This document shows positions 20,842-30,115 of a DNA stretch of 60,390 nucleotides, piece by piece. Numbering within the stretch: position 1 is the stretch's first letter; each line of letters starts with the position of its first letter. The stretch is taken from positions 1-60,390 of the forward strand of contig CANRES010000003.1 in the NCBI GenBank assembly GCA_947629625.1, in the 5' to 3' direction. The position numbers were made by a program, and so were the translations under genes. This DNA comes from an uncultured Clostridia bacterium. GTDB lineage: Bacteria > Bacillota > Clostridia > TANB77 > CAG-508. Under the pieces are notes generated by a model. It was not told where the DNA came from, ran no database searches, and saw nothing but the letters and a program-made list of their open reading frames with translations.

Positions 20842-22668
20842 ATGAATAACAAAAAAATAAGAAATATAGCAATAATTGCACATGTTGACCATGGAAAAAC
20901 AACATTAGTAGATGGCCTTTTAAAACAAAGTAATATATTTAGAGATAATGAGCAAGTATCAGAAAGAATAATGGATTCAAATGATTTGGAAAAAGAAAGA
21001 GGAATTACAATACTTTCTAAAAATACATCTGTTATGTATAAAGATTATAAAATAAATATAGTAGATACACCCGGACATGCTGATTTTGGTGGAGAAGTTG
21101 AGAGAGTTTTAAAAACAGTTGATGGTGTTTTACTTTTAGTTGATGCTTTTGAAGGTGCAATGCCTCAAACAAGAGAGGTTTTAAAAAAATCATTAGCATT
21201 AAATTTAAAACCAATAGTTGTTATAAATAAAATAGATAGACCGGGTGCAAATCCTGAAAAAGTTGTTGACGAGGTTATAGAATTATTTATAGAATTAAAT
21301 GCAAGTGATGATCAATTAGATTTCCCTGTTGTTTATGCTTCTGCAAAATTAGGAATTGCAAAAATGAATTTAGAAGATGAGGCAACAGATTTAACTTGTT
21401 TATTTGAAACAATAATAAATACAATTCAACCACCACAATGTGATGAAGATGGACCAATGCAAATGTTAGTTTCAAATATAGATTATGATGATTATATAGG
21501 CAGAATAGCAGTAGGTAGGGTAGAACGTGGTTCTGTAAAATTAGGCATGAATGTTGTAATATGTAAACAAGACGATAAACAAGAAAATGGAAAAATATCA
21601 AAATTATTTACACATCAAGGCTTAAAAAGAGTTGAAGTAGAAGAAGTTAAAGCAGGAGATATAATTGCAATTGCAGGAATAAATGATATTAATATAGGAG
21701 ATACAATTTGTGATCCTTTAAATCCTGAAAAAATTCCATTTGTTGATATAGATGAGCCAACTGTTTCTATGACATTTAGCGTAAATGATGGACCATTTGC
21801 TGGTAGAGAAGGCGAATTTGTAACATCAAGACATTTAAGAGATAGATTATTTAAAGAACTTGAAAGAAATGTTAGTTTAAGAGTTAAAGAAACAGATAGA
21901 GCAGAGGCTTTTGAAGTATCAGGACGTGGAGAATTACATTTATCTGTATTAATAGAAACTATGAGAAGAGAAGGTTTTGAATTATTAGTATCAAGACCAA
22001 AGGTTATTATAAAAGAAATAAATGGTGTAAAATGTGAACCAATTGAAAGATTAGTTGTAAATGTTCCTGACGACTGTATAGGTAATGTAATAGAAAAATT
22101 AGGTAAAAGAAAAGCAGAAATGGTTAATATGGAGCCAGCAGAAGAAGGACATACAAAAGTAGAATTTAAAATACCTGCAAGAGGTTTAATTGGATATAGA
22201 ACAGAATTTTTAACAGATACAAAAGGTAATGGTACAATGAACCATATATTTGATTCTTATGAAGAATATAAAGGGGATATAGTATCTAGAACAAGAGGTA
22301 CAATTGTAGCATTTGAAAATGGAACATCAGTAACTTATGGTTTATATAATGCACAAGATAAAGGAGATTTATTCATTGGTGCAGGAGTAGAAGTTTATGA
22401 AGGAATGATAGTTGGACTAAATTCTAGAAATGAAGATTTATCTATAAATGTATGTAAAGAAAAACATTTAACAAATACAAGAGCCTCAGGTTCAGACGAT
22501 GCTTTAAGACTAGTACCACCAATACAAATGTCATTAGAACAAGCAATAGAATTTATACAAGATGACGAACTTGTTGAAGTTACTCCAAAAAATATTAGAT
22601 TAAGAAAGAAAATATTAGATACAAAAACACGTGAAAGAGAAGCAAGAAGAAATACTTCAATAAATTAA
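20842..22668 (+). CDS. typA: translational GTPase TypA/BipA
   Basis: AHVDHGKTT and [15 protein letters not shown]-motifs, 608 aa. Confidence 0.95.
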   Translation: MNNKKIRNIAIIAHVDHGKTTLVDGLLKQSNIFRDNEQVSERIMDSNDLEKERGITILSKNTSVMYKDYKINIVDTPGHADFGGEVERVLKTVDGVLLLVDAFEGAMPQTREVLKKSLALNLKPIVVINKIDRPGANPEKVVDEVIELFIELNASDDQLDFPVVYASAKLGIAKMNLEDEATDLTCLFETIINTIQPPQCDEDGPMQMLVSNIDYDDYIGRIAVGRVERGSVKLGMNVVICKQDDKQENGKISKLFTHQGLKRVEVEEVKAGDIIAIAGINDINIGDTICDPLNPEKIPFVDIDEPTVSMTFSVNDGPFAGREGEFVTSRHLRDRLFKELERNVSLRVKETDRAEAFEVSGRGELHLSVLIETMRREGFELLVSRPKVIIKEINGVKCEPIERLVVNVPDDCIGNVIEKLGKRKAEMVNMEPAEEGHTKVEFKIPARGLIGYRTEFLTDTKGNGTMNHIFDSYEEYKGDIVSRTRGTIVAFENGTSVTYGLYNAQDKGDLFIGAGVEVYEGMIVGLNSRNEDLSINVCKEKHLTNTRASGSDDALRLVPPIQMSLEQAIEFIQDDELVEVTPKNIRLRKKILDTKTREREARRNTSIN

Positions 22669-22678
22669 TGAGGTGTTT

Positions 22679-23272
22679 ATGAATAAAATAGAATTAGAAA
22701 AAATAAAACAAAATGCTTTAAATGAACATATTCCAATTATAATGGACGATACACTTAATGAAATAGATTTAATTTTAAAAAATAAAAAAGTTAATAGAAT
22801 TTTAGAAATTGGAACGGCAGTAGGATATTCTGCAATTTGTTTTACAAAGTATTTAGAAGAAAATGGAATTATTGATACTATTGAAAGAGATTCTTTAAGA
22901 GTAAAGCAAGCATTAGAAAATATTAAATTAGCAGAAGTGGAAGATAAAATACATATTTTTGAAGGAGATGCAGTAGAAATATTACCTACTTTAAATGAAA
23001 AATATGATGTTGTTTTTATAGATGCAGCAAAAGGTAAATATCCATTTTTTCTTCATGAAGCCACAAGATTAATTAAAGAAGATGGAATTATATTAGCAGA
23101 TAATGTTTTATATAAAGGGTATGTAATGAGTGATTATAATAAACATAAACAAAGAACTGCAGTAACTCATTTAAGAGAATACTTAAAAGAAGTAAAAGAA
23201 AATCCAAAATTTGATACACAAATTTTGGATGTAGGAGATGGCTTAGCCGTTAGTAAAATTAAGAATATTTAA
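22679..23272 (+). CDS. trmR: class I SAM-dependent O-methyltransferase (YrrM/TrmR-like)
   Basis: ILEIGTAVGYS SAM motif, FIDAAK. In Bacillus this family precedes U32 peptidase genes. Confidence 0.7.
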   Translation: MNKIELEKIKQNALNEHIPIIMDDTLNEIDLILKNKKVNRILEIGTAVGYSAICFTKYLEENGIIDTIERDSLRVKQALENIKLAEVEDKIHIFEGDAVEILPTLNEKYDVVFIDAAKGKYPFFLHEATRLIKEDGIILADNVLYKGYVMSDYNKHKQRTAVTHLREYLKEVKENPKFDTQILDVGDGLAVSKIKNI

Positions 23273-23806
23273 ATATCTTAAACAAGATAAAACTGTATCA
23301 GATAAAATAGCAATAAATAGTAAATATATTGCTATTTTTCTTATATTTTTAGGTATTTTCTTTAAAATTAATTTTGTTTTGCTTTCTATAAATGGGTGGA
23401 TATGATTTATAAACAATAATCCAAAAATACCCCAAACAAAAGAAAAGAAAATACTTATTCTTCCATTCAAATTTAAAAATTCACCTGTATAATCCCACCA
23501 TCTTTCTGCAAATACTGCATCTAAAATAAAACCTGCAACATATTCAAAAACAGAAAAAACTAATGCACACATAAAAAATAGTTTAAAAGAATTGTTTTTA
23601 TACTGTTTTAAAAATGTAAACATTATTATTCCGCCATATCCATAAATAGGACATAATGGACCATATAAGAATCCTCTTTTGACAAAATGTCCAAATACAT
23701 GATATGCATAAGCAGTTTCTAAAAGCCAACCTATAAAAGCATATATAGTAAAAAATAATATATAATATTCAAATTTTAATACTTTTTTATTAGTCAATTT
23801 TATCAC
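23243..23806 (-). CDS. DUF1113 ('ABC-transporter type IV'-like) membrane protein
   Basis: IGWLLET..GPLCPIYGYG motifs, multi-TM. The 3' end overlaps trmR by 30 nt. Confidence 0.7.
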   Translation of the reverse strand: MIKLTNKKVLKFEYYILFFTIYAFIGWLLETAYAYHVFGHFVKRGFLYGPLCPIYGYGGIIMFTFLKQYKNNSFKLFFMCALVFSVFEYVAGFILDAVFAERWWDYTGEFLNLNGRISIFFSFVWGIFGLLFINHIHPFIESKTKLILKKIPKNIRKIAIYLLFIAILSDTVLSCLRYLNILNFTNG

Positions 23807-23886
23807 CTTTCAAAAAAATATATAAATATAATATCAAATTTTGCAGAAAAAGTAAAGATTTTGTAATTTAAAAAATTTTATTAACT

Positions 23887-24024
23887 TTTGAAAGTAATTA
23901 ATTTAATTTTCGAAGTTACGCGTAGCATAGGAGCGAGTTAGAGAATGTTAGAGCTTTGCTCTATACAGTTCTCTTACGAGACGACTAACAAGGAACAAGA
24001 AAATTCAATTAAATTACTTTCAAA
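23887..24024 (+). repeat. ~138-nt hairpin-forming intergenic element (full copy of the repeat family)
   Basis: ~24-bp AT-rich closing stem (23887-23911 / 23999-24024) around a GC-richer 87-nt core. The core has an inner hairpin at 23941-23973 and the TACGCGTA palindrome. Confidence 0.7.
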
Positions 24025-24045
24025 TACTTAAAATGTTTAAAATAC

Positions 24046-24074
24046 TTGTTTATTAATTAATAAATTGGTATAAT
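24046..24074 (+). promoter_or_regulatory. sigma-A promoter for the U32 peptidase gene
   Basis: TTGTTT-17-TGgTATAAT. Confidence 0.5.
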
Positions 24075-24104
24075 AGTTATAATAAAAATTAGGAGGTAGG
24101 TTTA

Positions 24105-25337
24105 ATGAATAAACCAGAATTACTTGCACCAGCAGGTTCATTTCAAAAAGCAAAAGTTGCTTTTCTTTATGGGGCTGATGCAATATATGTAGGAACTTCT
24201 TCACTTTCTTTAAGAAGTAGAGCAGATATTAATGACGACGATTTAGTAAAAACAATTAAATATGCTCATAATCTTGGAAAAAAAGTGTATGTTACAATAA
24301 ATATATTTGCTTGGGATGAAACTTATGAAGAAATTAGAAAACAAGCACGTATTTTAAATGAATTAAAAGTTGATGGTATAATTGCAGCAGATGGTGGAGT
24401 AATAGAAATTTTAAAAGAAGAAGCACCAGATATTGATATACATATTAGTACACAAGCAAATATTGTAGGGTATCATTCTAGCAATTTTTGGTATAAAAAT
24501 GGAGCAAAAAGAGTTATACTAGCAAGGGAATTAAATAAAAAACAGATTAAAGAAATAATAGATAATACCCCTGTTGGTTTAGAAACTGAAATGTTTGTAC
24601 ATGGTGCAATTTGTTTTGGATATTCAGGAAGATGTTTTTTAAGTGATTTCTTAGCATCTAGAAGTGCAAATTTAGGTGATTGTGCACAAAGTTGCAGATG
24701 GGCATATAATGTATATGTTGAAGAAGCTAATAAGCCGGGAAATTTAATGCCAGTTGAATATGATGATAAAGGAACTTACATATTTTCTTCAAAAGATTTA
24801 TGCCTTATAAAAGAAATTCCTGAAATTATTCAAATGGGTGTTGATAGTTTAAAAATTGAAGGAAGATTAAAAACTGAATACTATTTAGCAACAATTATTA
24901 ACGCGTATAGAAATGCAATAGACGATTATATTAAAGAGCCTGAAAAATATGATTATACAAAATATTTAAAAGAAATAGATAAAACTAAAACAAGAGGACT
25001 TACTACATTTTATTTTAATGATAGAAATAATAAAGATTTTCAAGAATTTGATGGAAAACAATATAATGCAGATTACGAATTTGGTGGGAAAGTAATTCAA
25101 TATAATGATGATAAATCCATTATTGAAATAAAAAATAAATTAAGTGTAGGTGATACATTAGAAATTATTATTCCAGGACAAATTGAAGTTTATAAATTTA
25201 TTATAAGTAATTTGTGGGATATTGAAACAGATGAAGAAATTGAATGTGTAAATCCTGGAAAATTAGGTCAGCAAGTAAAATTAAAACTTCCAATTAAATG
25301 TGAAGAAAATTGGATTTTAAGAAGAAAGAAAAATTAA
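24105..25337 (+). CDS. U32-family peptidase (TrhP/YrrN-YrrO-like)
   Basis: KPELLAPAGS N-terminus, Cys-rich CFGYSGRC..CAQSC segment, 410 aa. Confidence 0.88.
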   Translation: MNKPELLAPAGSFQKAKVAFLYGADAIYVGTSSLSLRSRADINDDDLVKTIKYAHNLGKKVYVTINIFAWDETYEEIRKQARILNELKVDGIIAADGGVIEILKEEAPDIDIHISTQANIVGYHSSNFWYKNGAKRVILARELNKKQIKEIIDNTPVGLETEMFVHGAICFGYSGRCFLSDFLASRSANLGDCAQSCRWAYNVYVEEANKPGNLMPVEYDDKGTYIFSSKDLCLIKEIPEIIQMGVDSLKIEGRLKTEYYLATIINAYRNAIDDYIKEPEKYDYTKYLKEIDKTKTRGLTTFYFNDRNNKDFQEFDGKQYNADYEFGGKVIQYNDDKSIIEIKNKLSVGDTLEIIIPGQIEVYKFIISNLWDIETDEEIECVNPGKLGQQVKLKLPIKCEENWILRRKKN

Positions 25338-25343
25338 AGTAAA

Positions 25344-25383
25344 GTGCGATTTTTGTGAAATTTAAAATATTTACAAAAATCGC
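25344..25383 (+). terminator. rho-independent terminator
   Basis: 12-bp stem TGCGATTTTTGT/ACAAAAATCGCA followed by TTT. Confidence 0.6.
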
Positions 25384-25399
25384 ATTTAAAATTGCAAAT

Positions 25400-25436
25400 A
25401 TTACAAAAATATTACAAATATTATTTTTTTATTACA
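25400..25436 (+). promoter_or_regulatory. ATTACA repeat array upstream of the peptidase operon promoter
   Basis: ATTACA at 25400, 25411 and 25431. The last copy is 19 bp upstream of the -35. Confidence 0.5.
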
Positions 25437-25449
25437 TTAGTTAAAAATA

Positions 25450-25479
25450 TTGACATATAAAGTCTAAAAAAATTATAAT
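25450..25479 (+). promoter_or_regulatory. sigma-A promoter of the DUF4190/peptidase operon
   Basis: TTGACA-18-TATAAT. Confidence 0.55.
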
Positions 25480-25517
25480 ATTTATAGAATTAATCTAAAG
25501 AAGAAGGAGTGTTTTTT

Positions 25518-25793
25518 ATGGACGAAGAAACAAAAGAAGTACAAGAAACAAAAAAAAGTAATAAGATAGGATTTAATATTACATCTATGATTTTAGGAAT
25601 AATTTCTATACTTATAGGATGTTTTATACCAATACTTCCACTAGTAGCATCAATTGTATCAATTATTTTTGGGATAATAGGAATAAAAGATTCTGGAAAA
25701 GGTATGGGAATTGCAGGAATAATTTGCAGTTCAATAGCAATAATAATGAATGCTTGCATATTACCAATTTATTTTTATATGATGTCTATGTAA
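25518..25793 (+). CDS. DUF4190-like small membrane protein
   Basis: Two Gly/Ile-rich TM helices (ILGIISILIG..GIAGIICSSIAIIMN). ATG follows GGAG. Confidence 0.6.
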   Translation: MDEETKEVQETKKSNKIGFNITSMILGIISILIGCFIPILPLVASIVSIIFGIIGIKDSGKGMGIAGIICSSIAIIMNACILPIYFYMMSM

Positions 25794-25808
25794 ATAAAGG
25801 ATAAAAAT

Positions 25809-27872
25809 ATGAAAAAATTAAATAAAATAATGCTAATTTTTCTTATGTTTGGAATAATATTTATGTTTAATGATTCAAAAGCAGTTAATATTAATGAAAA
25901 TTATTCAAATGCTTATGAAAAATGGTTAAATATACCTGATAGTGAAAAGCAAAATTATATTATGCCATCAATTTATACTACAAATTTAGAAGAGATTGAA
26001 TCAATTAATAATATTCAAGCATATGGAAATGATATACAATTACCTAAAAAATACAATTCAACAGAAAACTTAAATATGACTGTTAGAGATCAAGGAATAA
26101 CAAATTCATGTTGGGCTATTACATCAATAGAATTATTTGAAATTGCAAATGCTAAAAAAAATAATTTAAGTACGCCTGTACAATATTCTTCAAGACACTT
26201 GGATTATTCATGCAGTAGATATTTTTTGAACAATATTGAGAATATGCATGGATTTAATAGAAAAGTAGGTAATGGAGCAAATGTTAAAATAGGTATGGCT
26301 TATTTTGCAAGTGGAAAAGGTCCAATATTAGAAACAAGTATGCCTTTTCAAAATAATGTAGATTTAATTGACATTGCTGAAATTCAAAATAAAACAGTGG
26401 AAGCACAATTACGCGATTATATAGAATATCCAAATATATATAAAAGTTATGATGTAAATAATAATGTTACATATTCTAATGGAGAAAATTTAATATATAC
26501 AGAAGAACAAATTAAAAATTTTAGAAATATTGTAAAAAAACAAATAATGAAGACTGGTGCAGTAAGTTCTTTTACTTATGCTCCAAATAATAGAACAGAT
26601 TATAATTATTTTTCAAATGAAAATGGAAAAATATATGGAACATCATATTTCTGTAATAATGATAAACTAGCAGTAAATCATTCTATATGTATCGTCGGTT
26701 GGGATGATACTTATTCAAAAGATAATTTTAAAGAGAGTATAAAACCTGTACATGATGGTGCATATCTTGTATTAAATTCATGGGGAACTACTTGGAATCA
26801 ACTTGATGGATATTATTATATATCTTATGATGATTATTTTATTGAACAAATGCTATTTGGAATACAAAATATATCAGAAAAAAATTATGATAATATATAT
26901 CAATATGATGAATTAGGCAGTGATTTTAATGTAAGTTCAAGTAAAAGCCCAACAAAAATATATGGTGCTAATGTATTTAATAGAAAAACTATGTATAAAG
27001 ATATACTTTCAGATGTTGGTATTTATATTAATGATAACAATACAAGTGTAAAAATTTATTTAGACAATAGTGCAGAACGATTAGATAGTATAGAAGATAT
27101 GGAATATATAGGATGTGCAGATAATTTAACAACAGGTTACCATGTTATAAATATTGAAAAAACTATCTATTTGAACAGTACATTTGCAATTATTGTAGAA
27201 TTTTCGAAAGATGATTTAGCCACCTTACCTGTTGAAGCAAATTTTGCATCATTAGGTAAGGAAAATTTAAAAGTATTTTTCCATACTGCTTCTTCAAACC
27301 CAGGAGAAAGTTATATATCTGAAAATGGAATAGAATGGGAAGATATAACCACAAAATTACCTGATGCGAATATTTGTATAAAAGCTTTTACAAATAATTC
27401 AAGAATAATTGAAGAAGATTTTAGTTATATTAAAAATCCAAATTGGAAAATTATAGTGAAAAATAATATAAAAATGTTAACGGGTATAAATGAGAAAACT
27501 ACAATAAGCGATTTATTAGAAAAAGGAAATTATAAAAATGGATTTACAATAAAAGCATATAAAGATAACATAGAAGTTACAAATGGAGTTGTATCAACAG
27601 GTACAATAATTAAAGCATATTATGATACGGAATTACTTGAAGAATATACAGTTGTCATTTATGGAGATACATCAGGAGATGGAAATATTGCGTCAGTTGA
27701 TGCATTAAGTATAATAAAAAATAAATTAAAAACTGAATTATTTAAAAATATTATTTTTGAACAAGCGGGAAGAGTAACATTAAATACAAGAAATTCAGAT
27801 GATATTCCATCTGCTGTGGATGCTTTGGCTATAATAAAACATAAATTAAAATTAGAAAACATTTCACAGTAG
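25809..27872 (+). CDS. secreted C1-family (papain-fold, Cwp84-like) cysteine peptidase with C-terminal dockerin
   Basis: Signal peptide. Catalytic motifs QGITNSCWAI, NHSICIVGWDD and LNSWG. C-terminus reads YGDTSGDGNIASVDALSIIKNKL...NTRNSDDIPSAVDALAIIKHKL. Confidence 0.85.
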   Translation: MKKLNKIMLIFLMFGIIFMFNDSKAVNINENYSNAYEKWLNIPDSEKQNYIMPSIYTTNLEEIESINNIQAYGNDIQLPKKYNSTENLNMTVRDQGITNSCWAITSIELFEIANAKKNNLSTPVQYSSRHLDYSCSRYFLNNIENMHGFNRKVGNGANVKIGMAYFASGKGPILETSMPFQNNVDLIDIAEIQNKTVEAQLRDYIEYPNIYKSYDVNNNVTYSNGENLIYTEEQIKNFRNIVKKQIMKTGAVSSFTYAPNNRTDYNYFSNENGKIYGTSYFCNNDKLAVNHSICIVGWDDTYSKDNFKESIKPVHDGAYLVLNSWGTTWNQLDGYYYISYDDYFIEQMLFGIQNISEKNYDNIYQYDELGSDFNVSSSKSPTKIYGANVFNRKTMYKDILSDVGIYINDNNTSVKIYLDNSAERLDSIEDMEYIGCADNLTTGYHVINIEKTIYLNSTFAIIVEFSKDDLATLPVEANFASLGKENLKVFFHTASSNPGESYISENGIEWEDITTKLPDANICIKAFTNNSRIIEEDFSYIKNPNWKIIVKNNIKMLTGINEKTTISDLLEKGNYKNGFTIKAYKDNIEVTNGVVSTGTIIKAYYDTELLEEYTVVIYGDTSGDGNIASVDALSIIKNKLKTELFKNIIFEQAGRVTLNTRNSDDIPSAVDALAIIKHKLKLENISQ

Positions 27873-27899
27873 TAATGAAAGGAGAACAAAATTTTTATT

Positions 27900-29975
27900 A
27901 TGAAGATAAAAAAGATTTTACTTATTACTTTTTTCATGTTCTTTTTTATAATATTTTTTAATACTAATGCATATTCATTTAATTTAAATAACTCATTTTC
28001 AAATTTAGGTGAAGAATATTATTCAGAACAATTTAAAAAATGGCTTGCATTACCTGAAGAAGAAAAAAATAATTACATAATGCCTAATGTTTATACTACT
28101 AATTTAAATATAGAAAAAATTGCAGAAACTCAAAAAGATTTTTTTAGTAAAGAAGATATTCAAGCAAATGCTTCAAGTTTACCTGAAAAATATAATATAA
28201 AAGATAGTGTTAACATTAAAGTTAGAAATCAGAAGCAAACAGGATTTTGTTGGGCATTTGCAGCATCAAAAGTTTTCGAAACCACAGAAGCAAAATTAAA
28301 TAAAAAAGATACAATTACAGAATATTCACCAAGACATATGGTTTATGCAACAAGCAGATATTTTAAAGATAATGTAGAAAATCCAACTGGATTTAATTTG
28401 AATGTTGAAGAAGGTGGAAATTACTTTATATCATTAGCATATTATGCAAGTGGAAAAGGACCTATATTAGAAACAGATTTTCCATTTGTAAATTCAATGG
28501 ATAGAATAGATATTTCTCAATTGCAAAATAAACAAACACAATCACAAATAGAAAGTGGAGTATATTTAGGTGGAATATTTAAAAAATATTCATCAAATAG
28601 TATTACATATACAAATGGTGATGAAACAACTTATTCTAATGAAATTATTGAAGAATATAGAAATATTATAAAAACACATATAATGAAATTTGGTGCTCTA
28701 TCTACTATGACATATACTCCTACAAGTGAAGCTGATAATTATTATTCAGATGATTTTAATTCTTTTTATTGTAATAATGAGAATTTAAGTTCAAATCATG
28801 GAGTATGTTTAATAGGTTGGGATGATACATATTCAAAAACAAATTTTAAAGCAGGATGTCAACCATTAAGTGATGGTGCATATATAGCATTAAATTCTTA
28901 TGGAGAAGATTATAATGGTAATGGAGGATATTTTTATATATCTTATGATGATATTTTTGTAGAACAACTTTTATTTGGAATTCAAGATATATCAAAAAAA
29001 GATTATGATCATTTATATCAGTATGATGAATTAGGTTCAAATCCATTGGCAGCTATTTATAATACAATAAATAATAAAGAAATTTATGGTGCAAATTATT
29101 TTAAAAAGGAATCAAATAAAATAGAAAAGTTAAGTGAAGTTGGCTTATTTATTGAAACGTCATGCGATGTTACTATATATTTAAAAAATAATCCTTCTGA
29201 TTTAAATATTAAAGATTTACAACCAATTGCAACTAAAAAAGATTTACCTCATGGATATCATATTGTTAAATTAAACACACCAATAGAGGTTGGAAATAAT
29301 TTTGCTATAATAGTAAAATATTCAAATGATTTTATTGCAACATTACCAATTGAATCTAATTCTTTATATGTATTATATTGGGATACAGCAAAAGCAAATT
29401 CAGGAGAAAGTTTCTTTTCAATTGATGGTGAAAAATGGCAAGATATAACAAGTCAAGCTGGTAAAGAAAATGCTAATATGTGTATAAAAGCATTTACTAT
29501 AGAATCTAATGCAATATCTAATTCAAATTATATACAAAATTCAAATTGGAATATTTTAACCAATAATAATACAAAATTGCTAACAGGAATAGATATTGAT
29601 TCAACAATTAGTCAAGTATTATCTTCTTCAAATTATATAAGTGGATATACTGCAAAAGCATATATAAACGATGTAGAGGTAACAAGTGGAAAAATTACTA
29701 CTGGAACAGTTATAAAAATTTATAATGGTTCAAATATAGTTGATGAATATACTACTGTTATATATGGAGATACAACAGGTGATGGTAGTGTAGTTTCATT
29801 AGATGCATTAGTTATAATAAAAAATAAATTACAGACAGAAAAATTTAAAAATAATATTTTTGAACAAGCAGGAAGAGTAACATTAAATACAAGAAATTCA
29901 AATGGAGTTCCGTCAGCAGTTGATGCTCTTGCTGTTGTAAAATATAAATTAGGATTAGAAAAAATTACGCAATAA
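27900..29975 (+). CDS. secreted C1-family cysteine peptidase with C-terminal dockerin (tandem paralog)
   Basis: QKQTGFCWAFA, NHGVCLIGWDD and LNSYG. Dockerin reads YGDTTGDGSVVSLDALVIIKNKL...NTRNSNGVPSAVDALAVVKYKL. Confidence 0.85.
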   Translation: MKIKKILLITFFMFFFIIFFNTNAYSFNLNNSFSNLGEEYYSEQFKKWLALPEEEKNNYIMPNVYTTNLNIEKIAETQKDFFSKEDIQANASSLPEKYNIKDSVNIKVRNQKQTGFCWAFAASKVFETTEAKLNKKDTITEYSPRHMVYATSRYFKDNVENPTGFNLNVEEGGNYFISLAYYASGKGPILETDFPFVNSMDRIDISQLQNKQTQSQIESGVYLGGIFKKYSSNSITYTNGDETTYSNEIIEEYRNIIKTHIMKFGALSTMTYTPTSEADNYYSDDFNSFYCNNENLSSNHGVCLIGWDDTYSKTNFKAGCQPLSDGAYIALNSYGEDYNGNGGYFYISYDDIFVEQLLFGIQDISKKDYDHLYQYDELGSNPLAAIYNTINNKEIYGANYFKKESNKIEKLSEVGLFIETSCDVTIYLKNNPSDLNIKDLQPIATKKDLPHGYHIVKLNTPIEVGNNFAIIVKYSNDFIATLPIESNSLYVLYWDTAKANSGESFFSIDGEKWQDITSQAGKENANMCIKAFTIESNAISNSNYIQNSNWNILTNNNTKLLTGIDIDSTISQVLSSSNYISGYTAKAYINDVEVTSGKITTGTVIKIYNGSNIVDEYTTVIYGDTTGDGSVVSLDALVIIKNKLQTEKFKNNIFEQAGRVTLNTRNSNGVPSAVDALAVVKYKLGLEKITQ

Positions 29976-29997
29976 TTATTTTTATAACATTGTAAAT

Positions 29998-30036
29998 ATT
30001 ACATTTTTATTACGCAAACATTACAATATTATTACA
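29998..30036 (+). promoter_or_regulatory. four ATTAC(A/G) repeats phased at exactly 11 bp
   Basis: Copies start at 29998, 30009, 30020 and 30031. The last copy is 19 bp upstream of the -35, the same distance as at 25431/25450. Confidence 0.55.
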
Positions 30037-30049
30037 TTTTAAAAAAATA

Positions 30050-30078
30050 TTGATTTATATCAAAAAAAAGAGTATTAT
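30050..30078 (+). promoter_or_regulatory. sigma-A promoter of the cohesin/Big_2 gene
   Basis: TTGATT-17-TATTAT. Confidence 0.5.
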
Positions 30079-30115
30079 ATTAATAGATTTTGTAAAAAAG
30101 AAGGAGAAAAAACTT

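Noticed and set aside
14683-23999. The two direct copies of TACGAGACGAC(C/T)AACAAGGAACAAG read as attL/attR of a 9.3-kb integrated element.
   Set aside because: The interval contains only core genes (rpsO, pnp, cmk, plsC, typA, trmR) and no integrase. A dispersed intergenic repeat is the simpler explanation.
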